A DNA stretch of 64,000 bases from Opitutaceae bacterium (GCA_051252375.1 JBPOFY010000001.1:32001-96000), one strand, 5' to 3'; counted from the first letter of the stretch, positions 37,736 to 47,978 are shown. Notes: generated by a model from the sequence alone, not told the origin. A program made the numbers and translations.

Positions 37736-39751
37736 GTGAGCCATATTCTCTTCATTAGTCGCGATGCTACAATCCCCAAAAATTTGCGGGAGGCATTGAC
37801 GGCTCCAGAACTAAGAATCGTCACTCGAAACAACCCCATAGATGCTGAATCTGCACTGCAAAGAGGAGCTTTCGATCTCGCAATTTTATATGCTGACGCC
37901 GGCGAAAACACCTTAAAGTCACAGTTACGTAGTCTTCGTGGATTATCGAAAGACCTATATATAATTGTATTGGCTCCTGAATACAACCTTAGCGAAGAGC
38001 AGATGACCTTCGATCTCGGCGCCGACTTATACTTCTCCGAGCCCATACCAGCGAAAAGCCTACAGCGCATACTCACTCGCCACAGCCAGACAGAGTCAGC
38101 CACTCAGACAACCGTGACACACGCCGCTGCCCCGACCCCGGACAATGGGCATTCGCGTTCATCCTCCGCACTCCACACACTTCGCGACTTTTCGAACATT
38201 CTAGGCTTCAGCCTGGACTACAAGGCTTTCACCCAGCACTTCATCCTCAAGCTTCGCGAGCACATTAGCTTTAGCCGTATCGGGATATTCCTAGAAGCCA
38301 CCGCGAAGCAATCGCTGGTCAAACACAAGGGCAGTCAAGACCTAGAGTGTATCGCATCACTCGGCCTGCCAAGCGATCTGATCGATTGCTTCCAGCTCAG
38401 CCGTGACGTCGGAATCGGCAAAACCCTTTACGAGCACCCCCGAGTTCTCAATATTCGTGAGCTGACAAATACACCTTTTGAAAATCGAAATAACTCGATT
38501 CAAAAGGAATTCGGCATCTTAGGCTGCCATCTCGCTGTCCCCATCAGTGACCGCGAAGGTCAGATTGGCGTCGCCGTGCTCAATGGCCCGATCACTGGTC
38601 GCGAATACAGTGAAGATGAACTACAGCTGCTCTACCTTCTGATGGAGGAACTCGGGCTGGCGATTCGCAATAGCCGGCTACATGCCGAGCTCGGCAGACA
38701 TGGAGCACTCATCGAAAATGTGCTCAGCTCGATGTCCAGCGGCGCGATTGTGGTCAGTGAAGACCTAGAGATCCTTTACGCAAATCGTGCAGCCAAACAA
38801 TTCCTCCAAGTCGAAACCGAAGAAACACGGACGATTGATTTTGCTGAATTGCCCAACAAACTTGCCAGCCCTGTGCATCGCGCAGTCGAAAAAGGTGAAA
38901 TCTCCGACGCTTTTCTCATTCCGGGCAATGAGGACAACCACATTTATCAAGTCTCCATCTTCCCATTCTCCCACAATGAAGAGCTGGCTCTCTTGCCACG
39001 CCCGACGATGGTCATACTTGAGGATTTCACCAAGATTGAGGCCAACAAGCAATCTGCCCTCGAAGATAGTAAAAGCGAATTGATCGGTCTAATCGCGGAA
39101 CGCTTCGCACACGAAATCCGAAATTCACTCGTGCCCCTGACGACTCACATGCAGTTGATCGACAAGAAAATCGAGCAACCAAAGTTTCAAGCCAGCCTTA
39201 AGTCCGCGCTGCAAAAGGAAACCGGACGAATCAAGCGCTTCAGCGAGCAAATGCTCTACCTCGCCCAGAACTCGAACCCCACGACAAGCACAGTAGATAT
39301 CGAGACAGTCATCCTGAGCGGTTTCGAAGCCGCAAAGAAACAGGCGAAAAACAATAAAGTGCGCCTAGGTTTAGACGAATTACCAAATATCGCAAAAATC
39401 CAAGGCGACCCCGAAGGTATCACCTACGCATGGGAGGAAATTTTCCTTAACTCGATCCAAGCCGGCGAAGGGAATAATTCGCCAATCCTAGTGAAAATGC
39501 AGCAGAACGACGAAGGTATTTTACGCATTACAATCAAAGATGGCGGCCCTGGCTTTACCGACGAACTAATCGAACACGCAACTGAGCCTTTCTACACCTC
39601 ACGCAATACAGGCGTTGGATTAGGCCTCTCGGTTGCAAAAAAAATCATCGAGTCACACCACGGGTTTATACAATTAAATAAGCGAAGCAAAGACGCAGAC
39701 TGGGATATCCAGATAGAGCTACCAACAAAACTTACACAAACGATAAAATAG
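37736..39751 (+). CDS. Pseudo-receiver / GAF / PAS histidine kinase
   Basis: REC fold with DLAILY and YFSEP; GAF ending YSEDELQLL; PAS YANRAA; FAHEIRNSL; DGGPG, EPFYTS, GVGLGL; GTG start. Confidence 0.85.
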   Translation: MSHILFISRDATIPKNLREALTAPELRIVTRNNPIDAESALQRGAFDLAILYADAGENTLKSQLRSLRGLSKDLYIIVLAPEYNLSEEQMTFDLGADLYFSEPIPAKSLQRILTRHSQTESATQTTVTHAAAPTPDNGHSRSSSALHTLRDFSNILGFSLDYKAFTQHFILKLREHISFSRIGIFLEATAKQSLVKHKGSQDLECIASLGLPSDLIDCFQLSRDVGIGKTLYEHPRVLNIRELTNTPFENRNNSIQKEFGILGCHLAVPISDREGQIGVAVLNGPITGREYSEDELQLLYLLMEELGLAIRNSRLHAELGRHGALIENVLSSMSSGAIVVSEDLEILYANRAAKQFLQVETEETRTIDFAELPNKLASPVHRAVEKGEISDAFLIPGNEDNHIYQVSIFPFSHNEELALLPRPTMVILEDFTKIEANKQSALEDSKSELIGLIAERFAHEIRNSLVPLTTHMQLIDKKIEQPKFQASLKSALQKETGRIKRFSEQMLYLAQNSNPTTSTVDIETVILSGFEAAKKQAKNNKVRLGLDELPNIAKIQGDPEGITYAWEEIFLNSIQAGEGNNSPILVKMQQNDEGILRITIKDGGPGFTDELIEHATEPFYTSRNTGVGLGLSVAKKIIESHHGFIQLNKRSKDADWDIQIELPTKLTQTIK

Positions 39752-39753
39752 AC

Positions 39754-40947
39754 ATGAACAATACGTCCAAATACGCCCGACTCATCGGAGCACTCACTCT
39801 TGGAATTTCAACTGTAGATGCCGCAGCTACTCGCATAGCCTACATTGATGCCTTCGCAACTGCACGGGGCAATGCTTTCACCGCGACCGCAGATAATCCA
39901 TCGGCAGTCTTTTACAATGCCGCTGGCCTAACACAACAAGAAGGCACCAATGTGCATGGCAGTGCCTACCTAATTTCACTGGGCTACGAAGCCGACACCA
40001 CATTTGGCAGCGACGACATGGACGACGACTTTCAAACAGTCCCGAGCTTCTTCGCCAGCCATAAGTTCGAGGACTCCCCGTTCGCGATCGGCTTTGGCCT
40101 CTACGCACCTTTTGCACTTGGCTCCGACTGGGGCAGCGATGCCGCATTTACAGTGGACCCACGCGTCCCCTACGAAGCCGAACTTCAATACGTCAAATAT
40201 CACCTCGTGCTGGCATGGCAAATAACAGAGACACTTTCTATTGCTGCGGGCATCAGCTATGATGACACAGACGTCGACCTCAAAGCCACCGCCCTTCAAT
40301 TCGACGGCAACGACAATACGGTCGGCTATTCACTTTCAGCAATGTGGCAACCATCCGAAGAGCACTCCTTCGGCCTGAATTACCAAGCAGAAACCAACGT
40401 CACTTTCGACGGCACCACAACCTTCACAGGTGTGGGCGCTTTTGATTCAAATGCAGATCTCGTATTCCCCGAATCAATCGTATTCGGCTACTCTTACCGC
40501 CCAAATGAGAAATGGAATATCGAGTTTAATCTCGACTGGACAAACTGGGATAAAGTCAACGACCTCACCATTGATAATCTTCCTATTTTCCTACCGCCAG
40601 CCAGCTATGATTTAAACTGGGAATCCGCATTCATCTGGGAACTCGGCGTCACTCGTTACTTTGACGACGGCTGGCACGTCAGCGGTGGCTATACATACGT
40701 GGAGAACGCAGTGCCCGATGCAAACTTTCTGCCTATCGTGCCTGACTCGGATCGCCACTTCCTCTCAATTGGCGTTGGTCGCAGCTACGACAACCTTAGC
40801 TGGCAGATCACTTACCAACAAGCATTCGCGAGCGATCGTGCAGTATCCGGCAACGACCTACAAGTCGCTCCAGGCGTCAGCGCCATCGATGGTAATTACG
40901 ATCTAGACAGCCAAGCGATCTCATTCTCCTTGAGTTACCTGTTCTAG
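39754..40947 (+). CDS. FadL/OmpP1/TodX family outer-membrane hydrophobic-molecule channel
   Basis: ARGNAFTATADNPSAVFYNAAGL, YAPFAL, WTNWD, IVPDSDR, C-terminal YLF. Confidence 0.9.
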   Translation: MNNTSKYARLIGALTLGISTVDAAATRIAYIDAFATARGNAFTATADNPSAVFYNAAGLTQQEGTNVHGSAYLISLGYEADTTFGSDDMDDDFQTVPSFFASHKFEDSPFAIGFGLYAPFALGSDWGSDAAFTVDPRVPYEAELQYVKYHLVLAWQITETLSIAAGISYDDTDVDLKATALQFDGNDNTVGYSLSAMWQPSEEHSFGLNYQAETNVTFDGTTTFTGVGAFDSNADLVFPESIVFGYSYRPNEKWNIEFNLDWTNWDKVNDLTIDNLPIFLPPASYDLNWESAFIWELGVTRYFDDGWHVSGGYTYVENAVPDANFLPIVPDSDRHFLSIGVGRSYDNLSWQITYQQAFASDRAVSGNDLQVAPGVSAIDGNYDLDSQAISFSLSYLF

Positions 40948-41216
40948 AATCGCTCTAAAAGCTGCGCCTCACTGAGGCCTACAATTTCTAAATGCTTCGT
41001 CTGACTGGTCGCCCCGCGCACCACTCGGACGGAGCGTTTTTGTATCTGCAAATGTTTCGCCAATAACGCGCATACCGCCTTATTCGCTTTGCCAGACTCA
41101 GGATGGGCGGTGACTTTTACTTTCAACGCGCCGTCGTGCCAGCCGACGATTTCGTCGCGTGAGGCGTTGGGAATCACGCGAACGTTCAACTCGCAACATT
41201 CACTATCCTTCGTCAC
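40944..41216 (-). CDS. DUF167/YggU family protein
   Basis: VRVIPNAS, LKVKVTAHPESGKAN, GATSQTK. Confidence 0.88.
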   Translation of the reverse strand: MTKDSECCELNVRVIPNASRDEIVGWHDGALKVKVTAHPESGKANKAVCALLAKHLQIQKRSVRVVRGATSQTKHLEIVGLSEAQLLERF

Positions 41217-42501
41217 GAGCTACGTTTGGATAACTGCCTAGCCATTTTACAAACGAGCAATGGGCTTCCAATTCGGCGAGCGCGGCTTGCACGAGCTCGT
41301 CTTCGTAATGCCCGATAAAGTCGATAAAGAAGAGATAGTCCCAAGCCTTTTTGCGGCTGGGGCGCGACTCGATCTTACTGAGATTGATGCCGCGTGATGC
41401 AAAGGGACGAAGTGTTTTTTCTAATGCGCCGGGCTCATCTTTGAGTGAGATCACCAAACTGGTTTTATCTCGGCCTTCACCAAGTGGCTTGGCTCGTGTT
41501 TTGCCGATCACCAAGAAGCGAGTTACGTTGTCGTCACGATCTTGGATACCACGCGCTTGAATTGTGACTCCATAACGATGGGCAGAAAGTTCGCTGGCTA
41601 CTGCGGCGACTCCAGCCGTTTCTTTCGCTGTGCATACGGCATCTGCGGTGCTGACGACGTCGGTCAACGTGGCATCCGGCAAGTGCTGACGAAGCCAATC
41701 GCGGCACTGTCCTAGCGCTTGATCCTTCGAGCGCACTTCCGTAATCTGATCGAGCGGTGATTGCGAGATCAGGCAATGCTCAATCGGCAAATAGACTTGC
41801 GAGCAAATGTGTAAATCAGACTCGACCAACATATCCATCGAGTGAAAGACCGCGCCTTCGGTGGAGTTCTCGATCGGCACGACGCCATAGTCAGCTGCTC
41901 CGGATTCGACTTCGGAGAAAACATCGGGAATGGTTTTGATCGCTTTATACTCCAGGCTCACGCCAAAGTTGCGAATGGCCGCTTGGTGGGTGTAAGTGGC
42001 TTCGGGCCCGAGGTAGCCGATAATCAGTTTCTTCTCGAGGGCAATCGATCCGGAGATTACTTCGCGATATACGGATTGAAGGGTGCTATTCGTAATTGGC
42101 CCGGGATTGAGCGCGGCAATTTTAGCCATGACCTGCGCTTCGCGTGTCGGGTCGTAGTAATCGGCTCCGTTGGCGTGTTTGATTTTACCGATCTCAGCGG
42201 CGTGCTGCACGCGCTGGTTCAGTAGCTGGACAATCGTCTGGTCGATCTCGTCGGTCACGGCGGTCTCAGTCGCCACCGCAGCAGGGTCGAGCCCAGCAAT
42301 CATCAGCGCCATATAAATAGCCTGCAATGTCTCGTCTGAAAGTGGTCCTGCGTTATATGCTGCAACTTTAGCCAACACTTGAGCCTCATCGGCACCACCA
42401 TCGTGCAGGACACGTCGGTTCAGCAACTCCACGACTTGCGTATCAATCTGATCGATCGCGTCACGGTTACGCTGCAGTTTGGCATTAATTGCTTCAGGCA
42501 T
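41203..42501 (-). CDS. pheA: Chorismate mutase/prephenate dehydratase (P-protein) with duplicated chorismate mutase domain
   Basis: YLGPEATYT, VPIENSTEG, NVTRF, ACT domain IESRP; two N-terminal IDxxxVxLLNxR segments; start at MPEAI. Confidence 0.9.
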   Translation of the reverse strand: MPEAINAKLQRNRDAIDQIDTQVVELLNRRVLHDGGADEAQVLAKVAAYNAGPLSDETLQAIYMALMIAGLDPAAVATETAVTDEIDQTIVQLLNQRVQHAAEIGKIKHANGADYYDPTREAQVMAKIAALNPGPITNSTLQSVYREVISGSIALEKKLIIGYLGPEATYTHQAAIRNFGVSLEYKAIKTIPDVFSEVESGAADYGVVPIENSTEGAVFHSMDMLVESDLHICSQVYLPIEHCLISQSPLDQITEVRSKDQALGQCRDWLRQHLPDATLTDVVSTADAVCTAKETAGVAAVASELSAHRYGVTIQARGIQDRDDNVTRFLVIGKTRAKPLGEGRDKTSLVISLKDEPGALEKTLRPFASRGINLSKIESRPSRKKAWDYLFFIDFIGHYEDELVQAALAELEAHCSFVKWLGSYPNVARDEG

Positions 42502-42502
42502 A

Positions 42503-43300
42503 TTAACTCTCCTCTTCGATTTCGGCATTCTCCGGAGCTGCGTCGCTCTCGGCGTTTTCCTTCTGCCAGTCAATTTCGGCAAATTCTTCGTCCAGTGGCA
42601 ACTCGTCGCGCTTTGGTTCCTTCGACAGGCCCATATCCGTGTCACTGATTTCATCTTCTGGCTCATCACTACGACGCATCCAGTCGTCGATCTGGTGATT
42701 GCTCAATACATCGGACGCAGGGAGCTCATCGAGCTCCTTGATGCCGGTAAATTCGAGGAACTTCTCTGTGGTGCCGTATTGAATCGGGCGACCGGGCAAC
42801 TCCGCGCGACCGGTCACATAGACGAGCTCGAGCTCAATCAGCTTATTTAAAGCGCTATCTACCGAAACACCACGGATCGCTTCCATCTCGGCGCGAGTGA
42901 CTGGCTGGCGGTAGGCGACAATCGACATCGTCTCCATGGCGGCAGGGCTCAGCTTCATCGGGCGCGGTTGCCCACGTAATAAACGAACAAACTCTGCAAA
43001 CTGCGGTGCAGTCACAATCTGGTAGCCATTTGGCCCCTCGATCAGGCGATAGGCTTTGTCCTCAACCTCTGCTTCATCGGTCAATACTGTCAACACCTCC
43101 TGAATTTGCGCCAAAGTCACTGCCTTCGGCAGTTCAGTGGCATCCTCGTCCTCAGCGGACTCCTCATCGTCTTCTGCTTCTGCGGCCTCCATCATTTCCT
43201 GATGATAGCGCGTGAACAGCTTGACCACATCTTTAAGTGTGATCGGCTCTGCGGTTGAAAGCAAAAGGGCTTCCAAAGTCTTTTTGAGATCTAATTCCAT
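42503..43300 (-). CDS. scpB: SMC-Scp complex subunit ScpB
   Basis: LEALL, LSPAAMETMSIVAYRQPVTRAEMEAIRGV, GRPIQYGTT. Confidence 0.93.
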   Translation of the reverse strand: MELDLKKTLEALLLSTAEPITLKDVVKLFTRYHQEMMEAAEAEDDEESAEDEDATELPKAVTLAQIQEVLTVLTDEAEVEDKAYRLIEGPNGYQIVTAPQFAEFVRLLRGQPRPMKLSPAAMETMSIVAYRQPVTRAEMEAIRGVSVDSALNKLIELELVYVTGRAELPGRPIQYGTTEKFLEFTGIKELDELPASDVLSNHQIDDWMRRSDEPEDEISDTDMGLSKEPKRDELPLDEEFAEIDWQKENAESDAAPENAEIEEES

Positions 43301-43439
43301 AGGTAATGGTTGCAATAAAATGGAGATATAAAGTCTTGAATAGTAAAAAGGGTATTGTCGAGGCTCCCGCTATTGATTGAAATCCTCGGTTTTCTGCAAC
43401 GAGAAAGACCACGAACACACATTTAATTCATAAAAGATC

Positions 43440-45155
43440 ATGGCTGACAACAACACACGCCCACACTCCTCTATCGTCGTCGACGGCACCGACCGCGCGC
43501 CTGCCCGCTCTATGCTCCGCGCAGTCGGCTTCCAAGATGAAGATTTCAAGAAGCCACAGATCGGCGTCGCAGGTTCACCCAGTGACCTCACACCCTGCAA
43601 CATGCACCTCGGCGAGCTAGCCGAGCACGCCACAATAGGCATCAACAACGCCGGCGGTAAGGCAGTCAACTTCAGCACCATCACCGTTTCCGACGGTATC
43701 AGCATGGGCACCAAGGGCATGCGCTACAGCCTCGTTTCCCGCGATGTTATTGCCGACTCCATCGAAACCGTGGTCGCGGCCGAAGGTTTCGACGGTCTCG
43801 TTGCGATCGGCGGCTGCGACAAGAACATGCCCGGTTGCATGATCGCCCTCGCCCGCCTGAACCGCCCTGCTGTGTTCGTTTACGGTGGCACGATCCTTCC
43901 CGGTCTGATGCCACACGACGAAGAAGAGCAGCGTAACCCGATGGACATCGTCTCCGTCTTTGAAGCAGTTGGTAAGCACGCCAAGGGCGAATTGACCGAC
44001 GAAGAACTCAAAGAAGTAGAAAAATACGCGATTCCAGGCGCAGGCTCCTGCGGCGGCATGTATACCGCCAACACCATGGCCAGTGCGATTGAAGCGCTCG
44101 GCATGAGCCTTCCCGGCAGCTCCGCTCAAGTCGCCATCGGCGAACCAAAACGTAAAGACTGTGAAATGGCTGGTGCCGCCGTCCTAAAGCTCCTTGAAAA
44201 AGACCTCAAGCCCCGCGACATCATGACGCGCAAGGCCTTCGAAAACGCCATCACCACTTGCTTGTCGCTCGGCGGTTCGACCAACTTGATCCTCCACTTG
44301 CTCGCCATCGCACACTCTGCCGATGTCAACCTGACGATCGACGACTTCAAGGAAATCGGCGAACGCGTGCCCCTGCTCGCCGACCTCAAGCCTTTCGGGA
44401 AATATAACATGAGCCACCTCATCCGTATCGGCGGCATCCGTCCGATGATGAAGATGCTCCTCGACCGCGGCATGCTGCACGGCGATTGCCTCACCGTCAC
44501 CGGCGAAACCGTCGCGGAGTCCCTCAAAGACGTTCAGCCATACGCCAGCTATCCGGACGAGCAGGACATTATCCGTCCTTTCGATCAGCCGATCAAAGAA
44601 ACCACACACCTTCGTATCCTCCGCGGCAACCTCGCTCCAGATGGTGCCGTTGGTAAAATCACCGGCAAGGAAGGCCTCTACTTCAAAGGCACTGCCAAAG
44701 TTTACGAAGGCGAAGAAGCAGCCCTCATCGGCATTCTTCGAGGCGACGTCGTTTCCGGCGATGTTGTCGTCATCCGCAACGAAGGCCCCGTCGGCGGACC
44801 TGGTATGCGCGAAATGCTTTCTCCCACCAGTGCAGTTGCAGGCCGTGGTCTAATCAAGGAAGTTGCGCTTATCACAGACGGACGTTTCTCCGGAGGCAGC
44901 CACGGCTTCGACGTTGGGCACATCACTCCTGAAGCAGCCAATGGCGGCCCCATCGGCATCGTTAAAGAAGGCGACCAGATCGAAATCGATGCGGTTAAGA
45001 ACACTATCAATATCTTAATCGACGACGCGGAATACGATGCCCGCATGGCAGCCTTCAAGCCCACTGGCGCGGGATCCAAACGCGGAGTCCTCGGCAAATA
45101 CGCCGCCACCGTCGCCAGCGCCTCCGAAGGTGCAGTTACCGATAAGAACCTGTAA
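43440..45155 (+). CDS. ilvD: Dihydroxy-acid dehydratase
   Basis: TPCNMH, SDGISMG, GCDKNMPG, CGGMYTANTM, GGPGMREM, TDGRFSGG. Confidence 0.97.
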   Translation: MADNNTRPHSSIVVDGTDRAPARSMLRAVGFQDEDFKKPQIGVAGSPSDLTPCNMHLGELAEHATIGINNAGGKAVNFSTITVSDGISMGTKGMRYSLVSRDVIADSIETVVAAEGFDGLVAIGGCDKNMPGCMIALARLNRPAVFVYGGTILPGLMPHDEEEQRNPMDIVSVFEAVGKHAKGELTDEELKEVEKYAIPGAGSCGGMYTANTMASAIEALGMSLPGSSAQVAIGEPKRKDCEMAGAAVLKLLEKDLKPRDIMTRKAFENAITTCLSLGGSTNLILHLLAIAHSADVNLTIDDFKEIGERVPLLADLKPFGKYNMSHLIRIGGIRPMMKMLLDRGMLHGDCLTVTGETVAESLKDVQPYASYPDEQDIIRPFDQPIKETTHLRILRGNLAPDGAVGKITGKEGLYFKGTAKVYEGEEAALIGILRGDVVSGDVVVIRNEGPVGGPGMREMLSPTSAVAGRGLIKEVALITDGRFSGGSHGFDVGHITPEAANGGPIGIVKEGDQIEIDAVKNTINILIDDAEYDARMAAFKPTGAGSKRGVLGKYAATVASASEGAVTDKNL

Positions 45156-45213
45156 GAACATCGAACATTAGTTCCATCTCACGCATCACTCGGTTCAATT
45201 TAATTCATACTAA

Positions 45214-45293
45214 ATTCAACATTCGAAGTTGGACGTTCGAAGTTCAACGTTCACCCTCACCCTTCTAACTTCACAATTCTAACTTCAGACTTC
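45214..45293. repeat. Degenerate heptamer tandem array (TTCNANN)
   Basis: TTCAACA TTCGAAG TTGGACG TTCGAAG TTCAACG ... TTCTAAC TTCACAA TTCTAAC TTCAGAC, directly before the pgi ATG. Confidence 0.65.
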
Positions 45294-45298
45294 TTAAA

Positions 45299-46873
45299 AT
45301 GTCCTGGGAACGCTTCAAACAACACTATCTCAATATCAACGAGCTCGATTTCGCGATCGACATCAGCCGCATCGATTTCGGAGACGACTTCTTTGCCACG
45401 ATGGAGCCCAAGATGCAGTCCGCCTTCACCGCGATGCAGGAGCTCGAAGCAGGTGCGATCTCCAACCCAGACGAAGGTCGGATGGTTGGCCACTATTGGT
45501 TGCGCAACGCCGCGCTCGCGCCTCAACCAGAGCTCACCACCGAGATCGAGAAGTGCCTCGCAGATATCAAACAAATCGCGGCCGACGTCCACAGCGGCGG
45601 AATCAAAGGTAGTAATGGCAATTTCAAGAACTGCTTAGTGATCGGCATTGGTGGTTCAGCCCTCGGCCCTCAGTTCGTAGCTGATGCCCTCGGCTGCCCG
45701 AAAGCCGACAAGATGAAGCTCTTCTTCTTCGACAACACCGACCCTGACGGCATGGACCGCACCCTAGCTGCCCTCGACGGCCAGCTAGGCAATACACTCT
45801 CCGTTGTCATCTCCAAGTCAGGTGGCACCGCTGAAACCCGTAACGGCATGCTCGAAGCGCAATCCGCATACACTGCCGCAGGACTAGACTTTTCCAAACA
45901 TGCGATCGCCATCACTGGCGTGGATTCAAAATTGGACAAAGTCGCTGTCAGTGAAAACTGGCTCACTCGCCTCCCGATGTGGGACTGGGTCGGCGGTCGC
46001 ACCTCCGAACTCGCTGCTGTTGGCCTATTTCCAGCCGCGCTCCAAGGCCTAGACATCCAACGTATGCTCGACGGCGCGTCCGCGATGGATACTGCCACAC
46101 GCAGCACAGATACCGCGAAGAACCCTGCCGCCTTGCTCGCTCTGATGTGGTATTTCGCAACAGACGCCAAAGGGGCCAAGGACATGGTTGTCCTCCCTTA
46201 CAAAGACCGCCTCATGCTTTTCTCCAAGTATCTCCAGCAGCTCGTCATGGAGTCGCTCGGCAAGGAGTTCGACCTCGATGGCAATAAGGTCAGCCAAGGC
46301 ATCGCCGTTTACGGCAACAAAGGCTCGACCGACCAACACGCTTACGTCCAACAGCTTCGCGAAGGGGTGCACAATTTCTTTGTGACTTTCATTGAAGTCC
46401 TCAAGGACCGCTCCGGCGACTCGATCGAAGTCGAGGCGGGCACCACCACTGGCGATTTCCTACAAGGCTTCTACCTCGGCACCCGCGACGCACTCTATGA
46501 GAACGGCCGCCAATCCATCACGATTACGGTCCGTGAAGTCACGCCTGAGGCAGTTGGCCAGCTAATCGCCCTCTTCGAACGTGCCGTCGGGCTCTACGCA
46601 TCACTCGTCAATATCAACGCCTACCACCAGCCAGGCGTGGAAGCAGGTAAAAAAGCCGCCGCGACCGTCCTGGAGCTTGAGCAACAGACGATTACCACGT
46701 TAAAAGAAAATAACGGCAATCCATTGACCGCAGATGCAGTTGCCGCAAAGTTAGGTCTTGAATCGCAAGCAGAACTAATTTTTAAGTTACTGCTTCGTTT
46801 AGCCGCTAATAATCGTGGCGTTAGCGCCATTGCTAGAACCCCAGTCCATCAAACCGAATTCATTTTTGTGTAA
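45299..46873 (+). CDS. pgi: Glucose-6-phosphate isomerase
   Basis: [48 protein letters not shown]. Confidence 0.97.
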   Translation: MSWERFKQHYLNINELDFAIDISRIDFGDDFFATMEPKMQSAFTAMQELEAGAISNPDEGRMVGHYWLRNAALAPQPELTTEIEKCLADIKQIAADVHSGGIKGSNGNFKNCLVIGIGGSALGPQFVADALGCPKADKMKLFFFDNTDPDGMDRTLAALDGQLGNTLSVVISKSGGTAETRNGMLEAQSAYTAAGLDFSKHAIAITGVDSKLDKVAVSENWLTRLPMWDWVGGRTSELAAVGLFPAALQGLDIQRMLDGASAMDTATRSTDTAKNPAALLALMWYFATDAKGAKDMVVLPYKDRLMLFSKYLQQLVMESLGKEFDLDGNKVSQGIAVYGNKGSTDQHAYVQQLREGVHNFFVTFIEVLKDRSGDSIEVEAGTTTGDFLQGFYLGTRDALYENGRQSITITVREVTPEAVGQLIALFERAVGLYASLVNINAYHQPGVEAGKKAAATVLELEQQTITTLKENNGNPLTADAVAAKLGLESQAELIFKLLLRLAANNRGVSAIARTPVHQTEFIFV

Positions 46874-46903
46874 AACCTCACTTACACTCCCCCAGTATTA
46901 TAT

Positions 46904-47737
46904 ATGAAAAGTCTATCCCTCATCCTTCGCATCGTTGCTATTGTGGCCGCTATCGCCGCAGCAGCACTCTTCTTCATCTCCCAGGGTAAACTGGAAGAGA
47001 AGCAAACGCAGCTCGAAGCATCTCAAAAAGCAACTGCAGCAACTCAAGCCGAGCTTGAAACCGCTAATAACGATATCGCGAAGCTTGAAGGCCGCTTGAA
47101 AAATGAGCGCGAAGCTCTGGCCGACACAAAGGACAAGCTCGAAGAAATGCGCTCTGAAATGTATACGGCTCGCCAAGAAGTGACTCGTAAAGAGCAAGAG
47201 CTGACCGAAACAAAGGATAAGCTGACCGAAGTAGAAGGCAGCGCCCGCCGCTTACGTGCCGACCTTATTGCCACCGAGCAACAGCTCGCGGCAGCCAGCA
47301 AGGAAACTGAAATTGCGCAGCTCAACGAGCGCGTCGCAGAACTCGAGCTAGCTAACACCACTCTGAAATCAGACCTTGAAGCTGAACTCGCAATCAAAGC
47401 AGCCAAATCGCCCAAGAAAACGACCTCATCCAATGGCTCAGCTGGAACATCCGGTGCAGGTCAAACAGGTTCAAGCAGCGCTGCAGTGCAGCCTGTATCC
47501 ATCGGCGCCGAAGCAGTAATCGCATCTGTCGACACTAAGAACGGCATCATCGTATTGAGTGGTGCATCTGAGCTCGGTCTCAACGCCGGAGCTGAAATCA
47601 CACTGATTAGAGACCTTGTAGCAGTCGGTAAAATCAAAGTCATCGATGTCCAAGAAGATTTAGCCGTTGCCAGCATCCTTCCAGGTGCGAAGTCACGCCA
47701 ATTAATTGAAGGCATCACTGTCAACCTCCTCCTCTAA
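46904..47737 (+). CDS. Membrane-anchored coiled-coil protein with C-terminal beta domain, function unknown
   Basis: N-terminal TM, about 140-aa heptad region, Ser/Gly linker, beta-rich end (GIIVL...GKIKVIDV). Confidence 0.75.
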   Translation: MKSLSLILRIVAIVAAIAAAALFFISQGKLEEKQTQLEASQKATAATQAELETANNDIAKLEGRLKNEREALADTKDKLEEMRSEMYTARQEVTRKEQELTETKDKLTEVEGSARRLRADLIATEQQLAAASKETEIAQLNERVAELELANTTLKSDLEAELAIKAAKSPKKTTSSNGSAGTSGAGQTGSSSAAVQPVSIGAEAVIASVDTKNGIIVLSGASELGLNAGAEITLIRDLVAVGKIKVIDVQEDLAVASILPGAKSRQLIEGITVNLLL

Positions 47738-47758
47738 TCTCTGACGAGCCACAGGACC

Positions 47759-47905
47759 ATGATACAGCGTATTTTTATCTTCCTCGCCCTAACCATCAGC
47801 GCATTGGCTTTGACTGGTTGCTTTGACAGCGATGTAGACGAACAATCTGTGCCATGGGGACGCCCTGCAGACTGGGAGCGTGGAGCTCCTGGATTCGGCG
47901 GATAA
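47759..47905 (+). CDS. Small lipoprotein (48 aa), not in the ORF track
   Basis: MIQRIFIFLALTISALALTGCFDSDVDEQSVPWGRPADWERGAPGFGG; lipobox LTGC; AGGA just upstream; terminator downstream. Confidence 0.75.
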   Translation: MIQRIFIFLALTISALALTGCFDSDVDEQSVPWGRPADWERGAPGFGG

Positions 47906-47931
47906 TACGTCACCAATATTCTTTAATTTCT

Positions 47932-47965
47932 AAACGCCGGAACGATCTTAGTTCCGGCGTTTTTT
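47932..47965 (+). terminator. Intrinsic terminator
   Basis: AAACGCCGGAAC-gatctta-GTTCCGGCGTTTTTT. Confidence 0.85.
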
Positions 47966-47978
47966 ATCTACTTTTTCG

